A stretch of DNA of 59,800 nt from Prolixibacteraceae bacterium. GTDB taxonomy: Bacteria; Bacteroidota; Bacteroidia; Bacteroidales; Prolixibacteraceae. The notes under the pieces were generated by a model that was not told where the DNA came from, ran no database searches, and worked only from the letters and a program-made list of their open reading frames with translations. Of the stretch, positions 19,693 through 29,021 are shown piece after piece (the stretch's first letter is position 1; the number at the start of each line of letters is the position of its first letter). The position numbers and the translations under genes are program-made. The stretch lies in the NCBI GenBank assembly GCA_035353575.1, contig DAOPZV010000001.1, positions 5,667-65,466 of the forward strand, given 5' to 3'.

Positions 19693-20253
19693 ATGAAAAA
19701 ACTGCTCTATTCATTTCTATTCGCATCCATGCTATTGTCATGTGCAAATCAAACCAATCAAAAGAAAGAAGACAAACCGACACAACTCGCCGCACTAACA
19801 GTTGACGAACTTCAATCGAAGGCGAAAGACCTGGTTGGAAAAGAAGTAGTTGTAAAAGGAACTGTAACGCACGTATGCAAAGAAGCCGGTGCGCGCTGTT
19901 TCGTAATGGGGAGCAACGAAGATATTAACATTAGAATTGAAGCAGGAAAAATAGGTTCGTTCACCCAGGAACAAATGGGAAGCGACATCGAGGTTCGTGG
20001 CACTTTGCGCGAAGTACAAATAGACGAATCAGACATTAAGGAAATGCAAACGTCGGCTTCAGAAGGAACACCGGTAAATAAAGAGCATGCCCTCGGCCAC
20101 AGCGGACAAGCCATGCATAATGTTGACGGCGGAAAGCACGACAGCACAAGTCAGGCAAAAAAATTGGAACAAATGAACCAGAAACTTGCTGAAAGTAAAG
20201 AAGGCTATGTTCCGGTTTATTATATTGACGGAATAGAATTAGTGAAGAAATAA
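19693..20253 (+). CDS. Hypothetical lipoprotein with OB-fold-like region
   Basis: Lipobox LLSC; VGKEVVVKGTVTHVCKEAGARCFV resembles an OB-fold; His-containing linker. Confidence 0.6.
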   Translation: MKKLLYSFLFASMLLSCANQTNQKKEDKPTQLAALTVDELQSKAKDLVGKEVVVKGTVTHVCKEAGARCFVMGSNEDINIRIEAGKIGSFTQEQMGSDIEVRGTLREVQIDESDIKEMQTSASEGTPVNKEHALGHSGQAMHNVDGGKHDSTSQAKKLEQMNQKLAESKEGYVPVYYIDGIELVKK

Positions 20254-20277
20254 AATTGAAGAACTTATAAAAATAGT

Positions 20278-20359
20278 CACTACTGACCGACTAAAAAGAA
20301 AAGATTCATCGCTTCGCTCTGAATGACAGGCACTTTGGTTGGTTAGTCGGTCAATAATG
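20278..20359. repeat. REP-like miniature element: ~17-bp imperfect terminal inverted repeats around a palindromic unit
   Basis: cactactgaccgactaa / ttagtcggtcaataatg flank agattcatcgcttcgctctgaatgaca; the element sits between convergent genes. Confidence 0.65.
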
Positions 20360-20407
20360 AAAAATAGTCTCAATTCTAAATACGAGCTTTCAGTATTTGA
20401 TTTGAGA

Positions 20408-20866
20408 TTATTTTTTTTGCTCCGGAACAAAATTCAGTGACACCGAGTTTACGCAGTGCCTTGTATTCTTGTTGGTAAAGCCTTCGCCAACAAATACATG
20501 ACCTAAATGAGCGCCGCACTTCGCACAGGTTATCTCGGTTCTGCGACCATCAGCATCAAGCGTTCTTTTTACAGCTCCTTTAATTTCGTCGTCAAAACTT
20601 GGCCAGCCGCAGTGCGAGTCGAACTTGTCGGCCGAGCGATAGAGTGGGGCATTGCACCTTTTGCACAAGTAAGTGCCTGCTTCCTTTGTATTATAATATA
20701 TGCCGGTAAAGGGGCGTTCTGTTCCCTTATCTATAATCACAAATTTCTCAAAATCAGTCAATTCATTAAATTTCATATTCGCGTCGTTATTTTTTTGTTT
20801 GTTTTTGTCCTGCACAAAAGAACATGCTAAAACAACAAGAATCAGAAGTACCGTTAACTGCTTCAT
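20408..20866 (-). CDS. msrB: Methionine-R-sulfoxide reductase with N-terminal signal/lipoprotein peptide
   Basis: Motifs [36 protein letters not shown] and RHCVNS. Confidence 0.95.
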   Translation of the reverse strand: MKQLTVLLILVVLACSFVQDKNKQKNNDANMKFNELTDFEKFVIIDKGTERPFTGIYYNTKEAGTYLCKRCNAPLYRSADKFDSHCGWPSFDDEIKGAVKRTLDADGRRTEITCAKCGAHLGHVFVGEGFTNKNTRHCVNSVSLNFVPEQKK

Positions 20867-21033
20867 TTGGACTCAATTTCTCGTTATATACAATTCAGTA
20901 TGTCGGATTGTTTATTAAAATATCAACAATTTAGAGAGCCATGCTTAAAAAGCATTTCGTTTAATCAGACACAAATATTGTATCTTTCGCCCAGTTTTAT
21001 AGAAAATTTATTTTCTACTTAAATCAAAAAGGT

Positions 21034-21618
21034 ATGAAACGAATTTTTACATACTTTCTTCAGGGCTTGCTATTGCTTGGACCATTAGCAGTTACGCTCT
21101 ACACTGTTTTCATGATGTTTAACTATGTTGACCGGCTGGTTGGCGATCCGCTGAAAGAACATTACCGAATTGATACGCCCGGAATAGGAATCGTGATTTT
21201 GTTTGTATCGCTTACGCTGCTCGGGTTAGTTGGGCAAACCATTATCGTTAAACCTTTTACGGCCTTCACCCGAAAACTACTAAAGCGACTTCCTTTACTG
21301 AATGTGATTTACACCTCAATAAACGACTTGTTTACAGCATTCGTTGGAAAGGAAAAAAAATTCACGGTGCCGGTGCGTGTTTGTATGGACAAGGAAAACA
21401 ATTTGTGGCGGATCGGGTTTATTACCGAGAAAAAACTGGATGAATTTGGCATGAAAGGAATGGTTGCTGTGTATTTTCCTTTTTCGTATAGCATAAACGG
21501 AGAAATGATCATGGTTCCTGAAGATTCCGTGATTTTAATTGATCAAAGTCCCGCCGAAGTCATGAAATTTGTTATTTCGGGAGGCGTAACAAAACTCAAC
21601 TCACATGATTCCAACTGA
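21034..21618 (+). CDS. DUF502 family membrane protein
   Basis: FLQGLLLLGPLAVT, RLPLLNVIYTSI, IGFIT and MKFVISGG. Confidence 0.85.
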   Translation: MKRIFTYFLQGLLLLGPLAVTLYTVFMMFNYVDRLVGDPLKEHYRIDTPGIGIVILFVSLTLLGLVGQTIIVKPFTAFTRKLLKRLPLLNVIYTSINDLFTAFVGKEKKFTVPVRVCMDKENNLWRIGFITEKKLDEFGMKGMVAVYFPFSYSINGEMIMVPEDSVILIDQSPAEVMKFVISGGVTKLNSHDSN

Positions 21619-22654
21619 GGTTATTTTACTGGCTGGCTTTTTAATCCTGATACTTACCGTCCTGATGATCGACTTGCTGGTTGTTGGGCGTAATTCTCAT
21701 ATTGTTTCGGCAAAAGAAGCGCTTATATGGAGCAGCATATGGTTTGCTCTGTCGATGGGATTTTTTGTTTTCCTGAAATTTTATGGACATCTGCTGCATG
21801 GCATCGACACTCCTGAAGAACTCACAAACGTCATTTCGAAATATGCTTCAGGCCTGAAGTTTCACACTACCGACTACGAGGGAATGCTCGCCGAGTACAG
21901 AAACAACATGTCGATGGGTTATCTGGCGGGCTATTTTATTGAACAAACACTTTCGGTTGACAATGTTTTTGTGATACTCCTGGTTCTCCAAAGCTTTTCT
22001 GTTCCGCAGAAAAATTACAAAACAGTGCTTTTCTGGGGAGTACTTGGGGCAATAATTCTTCGTTTCATTTTCATTTTTACCGGGGCAGCACTTATTCACA
22101 AATTTTCGTGGATTCTATATGTGTTTGGTGCTTTTCTTATTTTTCAGGGCATTAAAATACTTTTCAGCAAAGACGAAGAACAAAAAGACCCGCACGACTC
22201 GGTTATTTTCAGATTTTTCTCCAAATACCTGAATATTTCAAAAGATTATCACGGCGATAAATTTGCCTACAAATACAACAAAAAGGTAATATTTACCCCG
22301 TTGATGGTGGTGGTTATTCTGGTTGAGTTCACCGATGTTATTTTCGCGCTCGACTCTATTCCGGCAGTGTTCTCCGTTTCACTCGACCCGTTTGTAGTCT
22401 TCTTTTCCAATATATTCGCCATCATCGGATTGCGCTCATTGTTTTTCCTTTTGGCAAATATGGTCAGCAAATTTAGGTTTCTGAACGTTGGTGTGAGCGT
22501 TTTACTATCTTTTGTCGGACTTAAACTACTTCTGCACAACTGGTTAGACGATATCGGATTTAAAACCTCGTACTCGCTCTATTTTATAGCAGCTACCTTG
22601 GTTTTGAGCGTATTGTTTTCGGTTATATTTCCTGAAAAAGAAACAGCAGAATAA
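21605..22654 (+). CDS. TerC/Alx family metal-homeostasis membrane protein
   Basis: Motifs EQTLSVDNVFV, VLFWGVLGAIILR, VEFTDVIFALDSIPA and SNIFAIIGLRSLFF. Confidence 0.92.
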   Translation: MIPTEVILLAGFLILILTVLMIDLLVVGRNSHIVSAKEALIWSSIWFALSMGFFVFLKFYGHLLHGIDTPEELTNVISKYASGLKFHTTDYEGMLAEYRNNMSMGYLAGYFIEQTLSVDNVFVILLVLQSFSVPQKNYKTVLFWGVLGAIILRFIFIFTGAALIHKFSWILYVFGAFLIFQGIKILFSKDEEQKDPHDSVIFRFFSKYLNISKDYHGDKFAYKYNKKVIFTPLMVVVILVEFTDVIFALDSIPAVFSVSLDPFVVFFSNIFAIIGLRSLFFLLANMVSKFRFLNVGVSVLLSFVGLKLLLHNWLDDIGFKTSYSLYFIAATLVLSVLFSVIFPEKETAE

Positions 22655-22658
22655 TCAG

Positions 22659-23717
22659 CTAAAAGGTTGCCCGGTAACTCAGGCCAACGCTTCCATACCC
22701 GAGGTAAGTTGGAAGCAGCGCAGATGAAGCTCCTTTTTTGTTGCTAAGTTTCGGAATAATCTGGTGTCCGCGTGCTGAAACTATTTTGCCACAAGTGTAG
22801 CCAATAGCCAAACCAAGTGGATAATCGCTGATCCAGTGAACTCCGTTGTTGAGCATGGCAAAACCCAAAACGCCGAGGAGTGAATATCCTACTGGCTTAA
22901 TGTATTTGTTATCCGGATAGTTGCTTGCCAATACAGTTAAAGTGGCCATTGCCGTGGCCATGTGTCCCGATGGAAACGCATCGTAATTTGATACTTTTTT
23001 CTGATACTTTCCGGGATTCGGGAAAGGATGCCAATCGCCACCGGGAACCGGGTTTTCCATCTCCATGGCTCTAAACGGACTTTGGCGGCCAGTGATTCGC
23101 TTCAAAAACTGAGTGGTTACACCCAGTGCAAAAATCGATTCGGCAATTTGAGACGTTGTTTGCAAAGCGCGATAGTCGCCTGCGGCCAACCCATAACTGT
23201 ACAAACCGCTTGCAACTAAAATGCTGCCCCAGCCTTCACCTATGTAATAAAATGTAGAATTCAGGTTCTCCGGGAGTTCAAGTGCATTCACATGAAAGCC
23301 GCCAATATTAAATTGAACAACCGTTTTCGATTTGCGTTCTCCATCCAAATGGATAAATCTTCCAAATTGTTGCGAAGCATCTGTAACAGGCTGATCAACA
23401 ATCATAAGCAAGCCCGATCCGGCCAATATCAACCCAAGTTTTGGTAATCCTTTTTTAGAAAATGCGGTTTTTCCCATCTGGTAAATGTCTGACGGAATAT
23501 ACTTTATAAACTGAAAAGGTTTTGGCCGGGTGAACGCCCATTGGTCACCACCTGTCTCAAAAATTTGTGCTTTTCTGATTTTGAATGTGTCGCGCCAGGC
23601 CTGATGAATAAGTGTATCTCGTTTAAATTCGGCTTTGCTTTGAAAAATCGGAACAATCAGTAATAATGCCACCAGCAATGTTCTTCCACTCAACAACAAT
23701 CCACCAGTCTTTTTCAT
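22659..23717 (-). CDS. PAP2 family phosphatase
   Basis: Motifs KRITGRQSP, AFPSGH and HWISDY; signal peptide. Confidence 0.85.
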   Translation of the reverse strand: MKKTGGLLLSGRTLLVALLLIVPIFQSKAEFKRDTLIHQAWRDTFKIRKAQIFETGGDQWAFTRPKPFQFIKYIPSDIYQMGKTAFSKKGLPKLGLILAGSGLLMIVDQPVTDASQQFGRFIHLDGERKSKTVVQFNIGGFHVNALELPENLNSTFYYIGEGWGSILVASGLYSYGLAAGDYRALQTTSQIAESIFALGVTTQFLKRITGRQSPFRAMEMENPVPGGDWHPFPNPGKYQKKVSNYDAFPSGHMATAMATLTVLASNYPDNKYIKPVGYSLLGVLGFAMLNNGVHWISDYPLGLAIGYTCGKIVSARGHQIIPKLSNKKGASSALLPTYLGYGSVGLSYRATF

Positions 23718-23718
23718 T

Positions 23719-25656
23719 TTAATTCCACCTGTTAAGTTTATTTTTATACACGTAATTGGCCGATTGATAATATATTATCGTTTCTTTTTCGTTTTCCTGA
23801 TCGGTCGCCGTGGTTTTCATTTCCCCGGATTCAGGATTAATCTGATAGTTCGTAACTTTTTGCTGCGGACTCAAAATAGTCAATCGGTTGTTCTTTATAT
23901 AGCCCAGTTTCTGGTAATTCGAAATAAATGCGCGCTGTTCTTCATCGGTCATTTTCAGAACGTCTTTTCCAAAGAATTTTGAATCATATGTCCAGTTCAT
24001 GATTCCCAAAAGGGTAGGCGCCACATCAATCTGGCTGCACAGTTTATCAATTTGCTGCGGACGAACAATCGATGGATTATAAATAATTAAAGGAATTTGA
24101 TACTCCATGAAAGGCAATTCCGACCGGCCGGCACTTCCGGCACAATGGTCGGCTATAATTACAAACAACGTATTTTTGAACCAGGGCTTTTCGCTCGCTT
24201 TTCGAATAAATTCGCCAATTGCAAAATCGCAGTATTTCACGGCCCCCGGCCTGCCCGAATGCGAAGGAATATCGATTATCCCATCGGGGTAGGTGAACGG
24301 ACGATGGTTAGAAGTCGTCATAAGGTGATTAAGAAATGGTTTCCCGGCGGCGTATGACTTATCACATTCTTTTAAAGTTCGGTTAAACAAATCCTGATCG
24401 CAAACACCCCAGGCATTTTTAAAAGTCACTTCGCTTTTTTCGAAATCGCCATCGTCGATAATCTGGTAACCGTTGTCGGCAAAAAAGGCATTCATGTTGT
24501 CGAAATAACCGTTTCCGCCATAAATGTATTTCATATCGTAGCCATGCTGGTGAAAAATCCGGCCAATAGAATACAAGTTTTCGCTATGCGGCCGCTTAAT
24601 TACACTTTGCCCAGGCTTTGGCGGCGCACCAAGTGTAACTGCTTCTAATCCGTATATGGTGCGGGTTCCAATCGCATATAAATTTCTGAAAAACAAAGAA
24701 CTATCAGCCAGCGCATCCAAATTCGGCGTTAATTTTCCAAGTTTGCTTCCTTTGTAACTTAAAAATTCGCCACTTAAGCTTTCAACAGTAATAAAAACAA
24801 CATTGTATTTCTTTTCTTCTCCTTCAGGCTTTATTTTCCTGGTAATGTCAAAAACATCATTGCTCACAAAATCGCCATTGGCCGTTTTTAACATTCCGCG
24901 CAGCTGTTTAAAATTCTCTTCGTTTGGGTGTGTTGCATAAAATGTTTCGTAGTCGAGCTCGTTATTCAGGAAAGCCGCAAAAAGAGAATGAATCCCGTTT
25001 TTTGCCAACTCGTTGTTATAGCGATTTTTAGTAACTTCTACTGTTGTATTTTTTATTAACAAAAAAGACAGAACTGGCAAGCAAAGCAACATGGAGCCAG
25101 TGAAAAGGCGACTTTTTAAAGCAACTTTAGAAGAAAGCGACTCTACCAGAAGTTTTTTCTTCAGAACGATATAAAACAGAACAACGTCAAACCCAACAAT
25201 TCCGCCAATCAGCAGAGGAAGCGGGTACGATTCCTTGATGTTTCCCAGTACTTCCGTTGTGTAAACCAAATAATCTACCGCAATGAAATTATACCGAACG
25301 CCAAATTCTTCCCAAAAGAAATACTCGGCAGTACCGTTAAAAATAATGATGCTAAAGGTTATGAAATAAGCGATGTATGCGAAAGTGCGGTTAAATGCGG
25401 AGTTAAAAAAACGATTGGACGCAAACGTCAGGAACAAAACAAATGGAATCATAAAATAAGTGAAAGCCACTGTATCCATGAATAGGCCTGCGCCAAACGA
25501 CCAACCGATGGCAAGCGGATTAAAGCTCACATCATTGGCCGACATAAACATTAAAACAATACGACTAAAAAATGAGACTAAGATAAAAACGAAATAAAGC
25601 AACAGCACTCCGCCAAATCGGGAATGAAGAATTTTCTTTAGGTTTTGGATATACAT
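23719..25656 (-). CDS. LTA synthase family protein (phosphoglycerol transferase/sulfatase-like)
   Basis: N-terminal TM helices; NVVFITVESL, catalytic Thr region GTRTIYGLEA, TTSNHRPF and IIADH. Confidence 0.9.
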   Translation of the reverse strand: MYIQNLKKILHSRFGGVLLLYFVFILVSFFSRIVLMFMSANDVSFNPLAIGWSFGAGLFMDTVAFTYFMIPFVLFLTFASNRFFNSAFNRTFAYIAYFITFSIIIFNGTAEYFFWEEFGVRYNFIAVDYLVYTTEVLGNIKESYPLPLLIGGIVGFDVVLFYIVLKKKLLVESLSSKVALKSRLFTGSMLLCLPVLSFLLIKNTTVEVTKNRYNNELAKNGIHSLFAAFLNNELDYETFYATHPNEENFKQLRGMLKTANGDFVSNDVFDITRKIKPEGEEKKYNVVFITVESLSGEFLSYKGSKLGKLTPNLDALADSSLFFRNLYAIGTRTIYGLEAVTLGAPPKPGQSVIKRPHSENLYSIGRIFHQHGYDMKYIYGGNGYFDNMNAFFADNGYQIIDDGDFEKSEVTFKNAWGVCDQDLFNRTLKECDKSYAAGKPFLNHLMTTSNHRPFTYPDGIIDIPSHSGRPGAVKYCDFAIGEFIRKASEKPWFKNTLFVIIADHCAGSAGRSELPFMEYQIPLIIYNPSIVRPQQIDKLCSQIDVAPTLLGIMNWTYDSKFFGKDVLKMTDEEQRAFISNYQKLGYIKNNRLTILSPQQKVTNYQINPESGEMKTTATDQENEKETIIYYQSANYVYKNKLNRWN

Positions 25657-25708
25657 TTTCAAAAACGTAATTAAAAATGAGGTCTTTATAAATCTATGGT
25701 CTTCGAAA

Positions 25709-25716
25709 CAAATATA
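25709..25716 (-). promoter_or_regulatory. -7 promoter element for the LTA-synthase/PAP2 operon
   Basis: TATATTTG on the minus strand. Confidence 0.55.
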
Positions 25717-25850
25717 GGATAATTCTGCTTGTGTCTCCTGTAAAATAATACTTTGGAGATTTAATCAACAGAGGTCTGAAATTTGTGTTAAAAGTAGTTT
25801 ATAGTGCAATTTGCCGGGGTCGTTTTATCTGTTAATCTTAACGGAATGAC

Positions 25851-25858
25851 TATATTTG
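25851..25858 (+). promoter_or_regulatory. -7 promoter element for fumarase
   Basis: TATATTTG about 60 nt upstream of the ATG at 25918. Confidence 0.55.
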
Positions 25859-25917
25859 TTACCAATTCAAAAACACTGAATTGTATTTTATTAATCACTC
25901 ATTTACAGCACTATAAA

Positions 25918-27522
25918 ATGTCAAAATTCACTTATCAAAAGCCATTTCCAATTAAGAAGGATACTACTTCGTATCGCCTTTTAACCAAAGATTTTGTTTC
26001 GACCGTTGAACTTGATGGTCGGAAAATTTTAAAAGTTGCTCCTGAAGGGCTCGAACTTCTGGCCAAAGAAGCGTTTGCCGATGTGTCGTTCTACCTGCGC
26101 GCAACTCACCTCGAAAAGCTTGCGAGCATTTTAAAAGACCCGGAAGCCTCGGACAACGACAGATTTGTAGCTCACACCATGCTTCTGAATCAGGTTGTTT
26201 CAGCCGAAGGCGAACTGCCAACTTGCCAGGATACCGGAACTGCCATTGTTATTGGTAAAAAAGGTGAAAATGTATTTACCGGAGCAAACGATGCCGAATA
26301 CCTTTCAAAAGGTATCTTCGAAACGTACCAGGATCGTAACCTGCGTTATTCTCAGGTAGTTCCGTTTAACATGTTCGACGAAAAAAATACAGGAAGCAAT
26401 CTTCCGGCTCAAATTGATATTTATGCTGAAGAAGGCAACAAATACGAATTCCTGTTCATAACAAAAGGAGGTGGTTCGGGCAACAAAACATACCTCTATC
26501 AGCAAACCAAATCGCTGCTTACCGAAGCCAACCTTACCAAATTCATCAAAGAAAAAATCATGGATTTAGGAACCTCGGCTTGTCCTCCGTATCACCTTGC
26601 AATTGTTATCGGCGGTACATCGGCTGAAGCAACTTTGGCTACTGTGAAAAAAGCTTCTGCTGGTTATCTCGATCATCTTCCAACCGAAGGAAACGACGGC
26701 GGACAGGCTTTCCGCGACCTGGAATGGGAAGCAAAAATTGAAAAAATTGCACAGGAATGCGGATTAGGCGCTCAATTTGGTGGCAAATATTATGTGCACG
26801 ATGTTCGTGTAATCCGCTTACCACGTCACGCCGCATCTTGTCCGGTTGGCATTGGCGTTAGCTGCTCGGCCGACCGCAACATCAAAGCAAAAATTACCGA
26901 AGACGGTATTTTCCTTGAAGAACTAGAGAAAAACCCAGCTCGTTTCTTGCCGGAGGCTGCTCCTGAAATGATTCCTGCTGTTGACATCGACCTCGATCAA
27001 CCGATGGAAGAAGTATTGAAAACATTGTCGAAATATCCGATCAAAACCCGCCTGAATCTTTCAGGAACATTGATTGTAGCCCGCGATATGGCTCATCTTC
27101 GCCTGAAAGAAATGCTGGATGCCGGACAGCCAATGCCTGAATACCTGAAACGTTACCCGGTTTATTACGCAGGACCTGCAAAGACTCCGAAAGGTATGGC
27201 ATCGGGAAGTTTTGGCCCAACAACCGCCGGACGTATGGATCCTTACGTTGATTTCTTCATGAGCCTCGGCGGATCGAAAATTATGGTGGCCAAAGGTAAC
27301 CGCACGCAACAAGTTACCGACGCTTGTAAAAAGTGGGGTGGTTTCTACCTTGGATCGATTGGCGGACCGGCAGCAATTTTGGCAAAGGAAAGCATAAAAT
27401 CGAGCGAAGTAATTGATTTCGAAGAATTAGGCATGGAAGCAATTCGCAAAATCCGCGTTGAAAATTTCCCGGCATTCATTATTGTTGATGACAAAGGGAA
27501 CGACTTCTTCAAACAATTGTAA
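25918..27522 (+). CDS. fumA: Class I (Fe-S) fumarate hydratase
   Basis: Motifs [32 protein letters not shown] and [10 protein letters not shown]. The start was moved to ATG 25918 ([10 protein letters not shown]). Confidence 0.95.
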   Translation: MSKFTYQKPFPIKKDTTSYRLLTKDFVSTVELDGRKILKVAPEGLELLAKEAFADVSFYLRATHLEKLASILKDPEASDNDRFVAHTMLLNQVVSAEGELPTCQDTGTAIVIGKKGENVFTGANDAEYLSKGIFETYQDRNLRYSQVVPFNMFDEKNTGSNLPAQIDIYAEEGNKYEFLFITKGGGSGNKTYLYQQTKSLLTEANLTKFIKEKIMDLGTSACPPYHLAIVIGGTSAEATLATVKKASAGYLDHLPTEGNDGGQAFRDLEWEAKIEKIAQECGLGAQFGGKYYVHDVRVIRLPRHAASCPVGIGVSCSADRNIKAKITEDGIFLEELEKNPARFLPEAAPEMIPAVDIDLDQPMEEVLKTLSKYPIKTRLNLSGTLIVARDMAHLRLKEMLDAGQPMPEYLKRYPVYYAGPAKTPKGMASGSFGPTTAGRMDPYVDFFMSLGGSKIMVAKGNRTQQVTDACKKWGGFYLGSIGGPAAILAKESIKSSEVIDFEELGMEAIRKIRVENFPAFIIVDDKGNDFFKQL

Positions 27523-27544
27523 TCTCAGTAAAAAATCATACTTT

Positions 27545-27582
27545 AGTGAGCGGGTGACCCGAAGTTACCCGCTCACTTTTTT
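27545..27582 (+). terminator. Intrinsic terminator after fumarase
   Basis: agtgagcgggtgac-ccgaa-gttacccgctcact followed by a T run. Confidence 0.85.
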
Positions 27583-27591
27583 ATATCTGCT

Positions 27592-27969
27592 ATGGAATTA
27601 GTCAACCTCAACAATACCAACATCGAGTTTTTCCTGAACAAAGAAGACATTATTCAGGAAACGGCGCAACAAATCATGAAAGATTTTGGGATGTTTGGAA
27701 TTGAGATAACCTTTTCGGGCAATACAGCAAATGCTTATAACGAACTGCACGAACAGCTGATCAACCAAATTGCCGTTTACCTCGACAGAGATTACAGCCG
27801 CCTCATGGCTGTGTTGTATCAGGTTGACATCACCGAGCGCGAAATCGCCAAGGCACACAGGGATTTGCCGCACTACAACGATCTCGAAATTTTGGCACAT
27901 CAGGTCATTTTCAGGGATCTGAAAAAAGTATTGTTTCGCCGGTATTACAAATCGAAAACCTCTGAGTAA
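27592..27969 (+). CDS. Conserved hypothetical protein
   Basis: 125-aa ORF with protein-like composition (QQIMKDF...LMAVLYQVDI...IFRDLKKV); ATG start after the terminator. Confidence 0.7.
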   Translation: MELVNLNNTNIEFFLNKEDIIQETAQQIMKDFGMFGIEITFSGNTANAYNELHEQLINQIAVYLDRDYSRLMAVLYQVDITEREIAKAHRDLPHYNDLEILAHQVIFRDLKKVLFRRYYKSKTSE

Positions 27970-27974
27970 AAGCA

Positions 27975-28006
27975 AACAAAAAGCCCTGCAGAAATTTCTA
28001 CAGGGC
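27975..28006 (-). terminator. Terminator between convergent genes
   Basis: gccctgcaga-aatt-tctacagggc with a U-rich tail on the minus strand. Confidence 0.6.
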
Positions 28007-28017
28007 CGGATTAAGAA

Positions 28018-28515
28018 CTATTTTCCGATCGATGATAACCTTCTATTAATCAGCGAGCACCATTTTTCAGCCAACTGCAATTCACCGGCAAGAGTTAACC
28101 TATCGGTATTGGAGTTATAAAACTCAACTGAAACATCAGGTTTGCTTTTTTCCTTATGAGAAAACACAAGATCGATCCGGTCAAAAGCTTTAATGTTGCC
28201 TTCTTTGGGACCTGAAGTATGACTAATTTCACTCACGCGGCAACGAAATACATTCGATAGATTAATGGTAATTTCAGATTCGCTTCCTGCATTTTTTCGG
28301 ATGACAAAAACCTGATTTTTATTGTCGTCTATTCCTATAACAGATTCCGACCAAATGTCTGAATGTGATATCTGGCATTGGTTGCGAAACGCCAATTCTT
28401 TCAGCGGATTCAAAAATTTTTCCTTTTTCGTTCTTTTTCTTTTGCTTGTTGAAACTATAACTAGTGAGGCGAGAAGCAAAATTATAGCTCCGCCAATAAT
28501 CAATCCTAAACTCAT
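28018..28515 (-). CDS. Hypothetical single-pass membrane protein
   Basis: N-terminal TM helix, then a basic stretch (KRKRTKK) and a soluble domain. Confidence 0.7.
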   Translation of the reverse strand: MSLGLIIGGAIILLLASLVIVSTSKRKRTKKEKFLNPLKELAFRNQCQISHSDIWSESVIGIDDNKNQVFVIRKNAGSESEITINLSNVFRCRVSEISHTSGPKEGNIKAFDRIDLVFSHKEKSKPDVSVEFYNSNTDRLTLAGELQLAEKWCSLINRRLSSIGK

Positions 28516-28606
28516 TTTTGACCTAATTTAAAATATAAATAAATGATTATGAGAACAAAACAATTGTGTCTTGCTCTTGAAAATTAAAGAGGAATTAAAA
28601 ATGAGT

Positions 28607-28975
28607 TTACCAGAAATAATGAAATGGGAAAATAATATCGGTTGAAGTAAAAAGCGAAACTGCAACGCCCAGTCCTATAAAAATGGGTAAAAACTTGTTG
28701 TTCAGAATTCGCACCGGAGTTACCAGGCATGCAAAAAACTGGTTGAACGAATTTTTAACATTAAAGTGCGAAACACTACTATTGACATTAGCCAAAGTCT
28801 CTGAACGTTCGCCCGAATGCAACAATGGCGAAGATGCATCGGAAATAAAAAATCCACATTCAGAATCCGTAACGTTTGGCTTCGAAAAAACCTGAGGCGC
28901 ACTGTTTACGCTAATTAAAAAGCAATACAGTACCGAAATGCCAAGAACAGCAGATATTTTCAAGATTCGTTTCAC
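28607..28975 (-). CDS. Small exported/membrane-anchored protein ending IIFPFHYFW (possible regulatory leader)
   Basis: GTG at 28975 gives MKRILKISAVLGISVLYCFLISV (signal-like), a polar linker and an aromatic C-terminal motif. Confidence 0.6.
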   Translation of the reverse strand: MKRILKISAVLGISVLYCFLISVNSAPQVFSKPNVTDSECGFFISDASSPLLHSGERSETLANVNSSVSHFNVKNSFNQFFACLVTPVRILNNKFLPIFIGLGVAVSLFTSTDIIFPFHYFW

Positions 28976-29021
28976 GCTGTAAAAGTACAATTTTTAGTGT
29001 TTGCCCGAAATCCTGAAATTC

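Noticed and set aside
20239-20430. 63-aa ORF containing CHSERSDES
   Set aside because: This peptide is the translation of the REP-like palindrome, not evidence of a gene.
21500-21605. yybP-ykoY (Mn) riboswitch ahead of the TerC/Alx gene
   Set aside because: There is no leader: the gene overlaps the upstream DUF502 CDS.
27598-27975. 125-aa antisense ORF mirroring 27592-27969
   Set aside because: It is a shadow of the plus-strand gene, which has the better start context and more protein-like composition.
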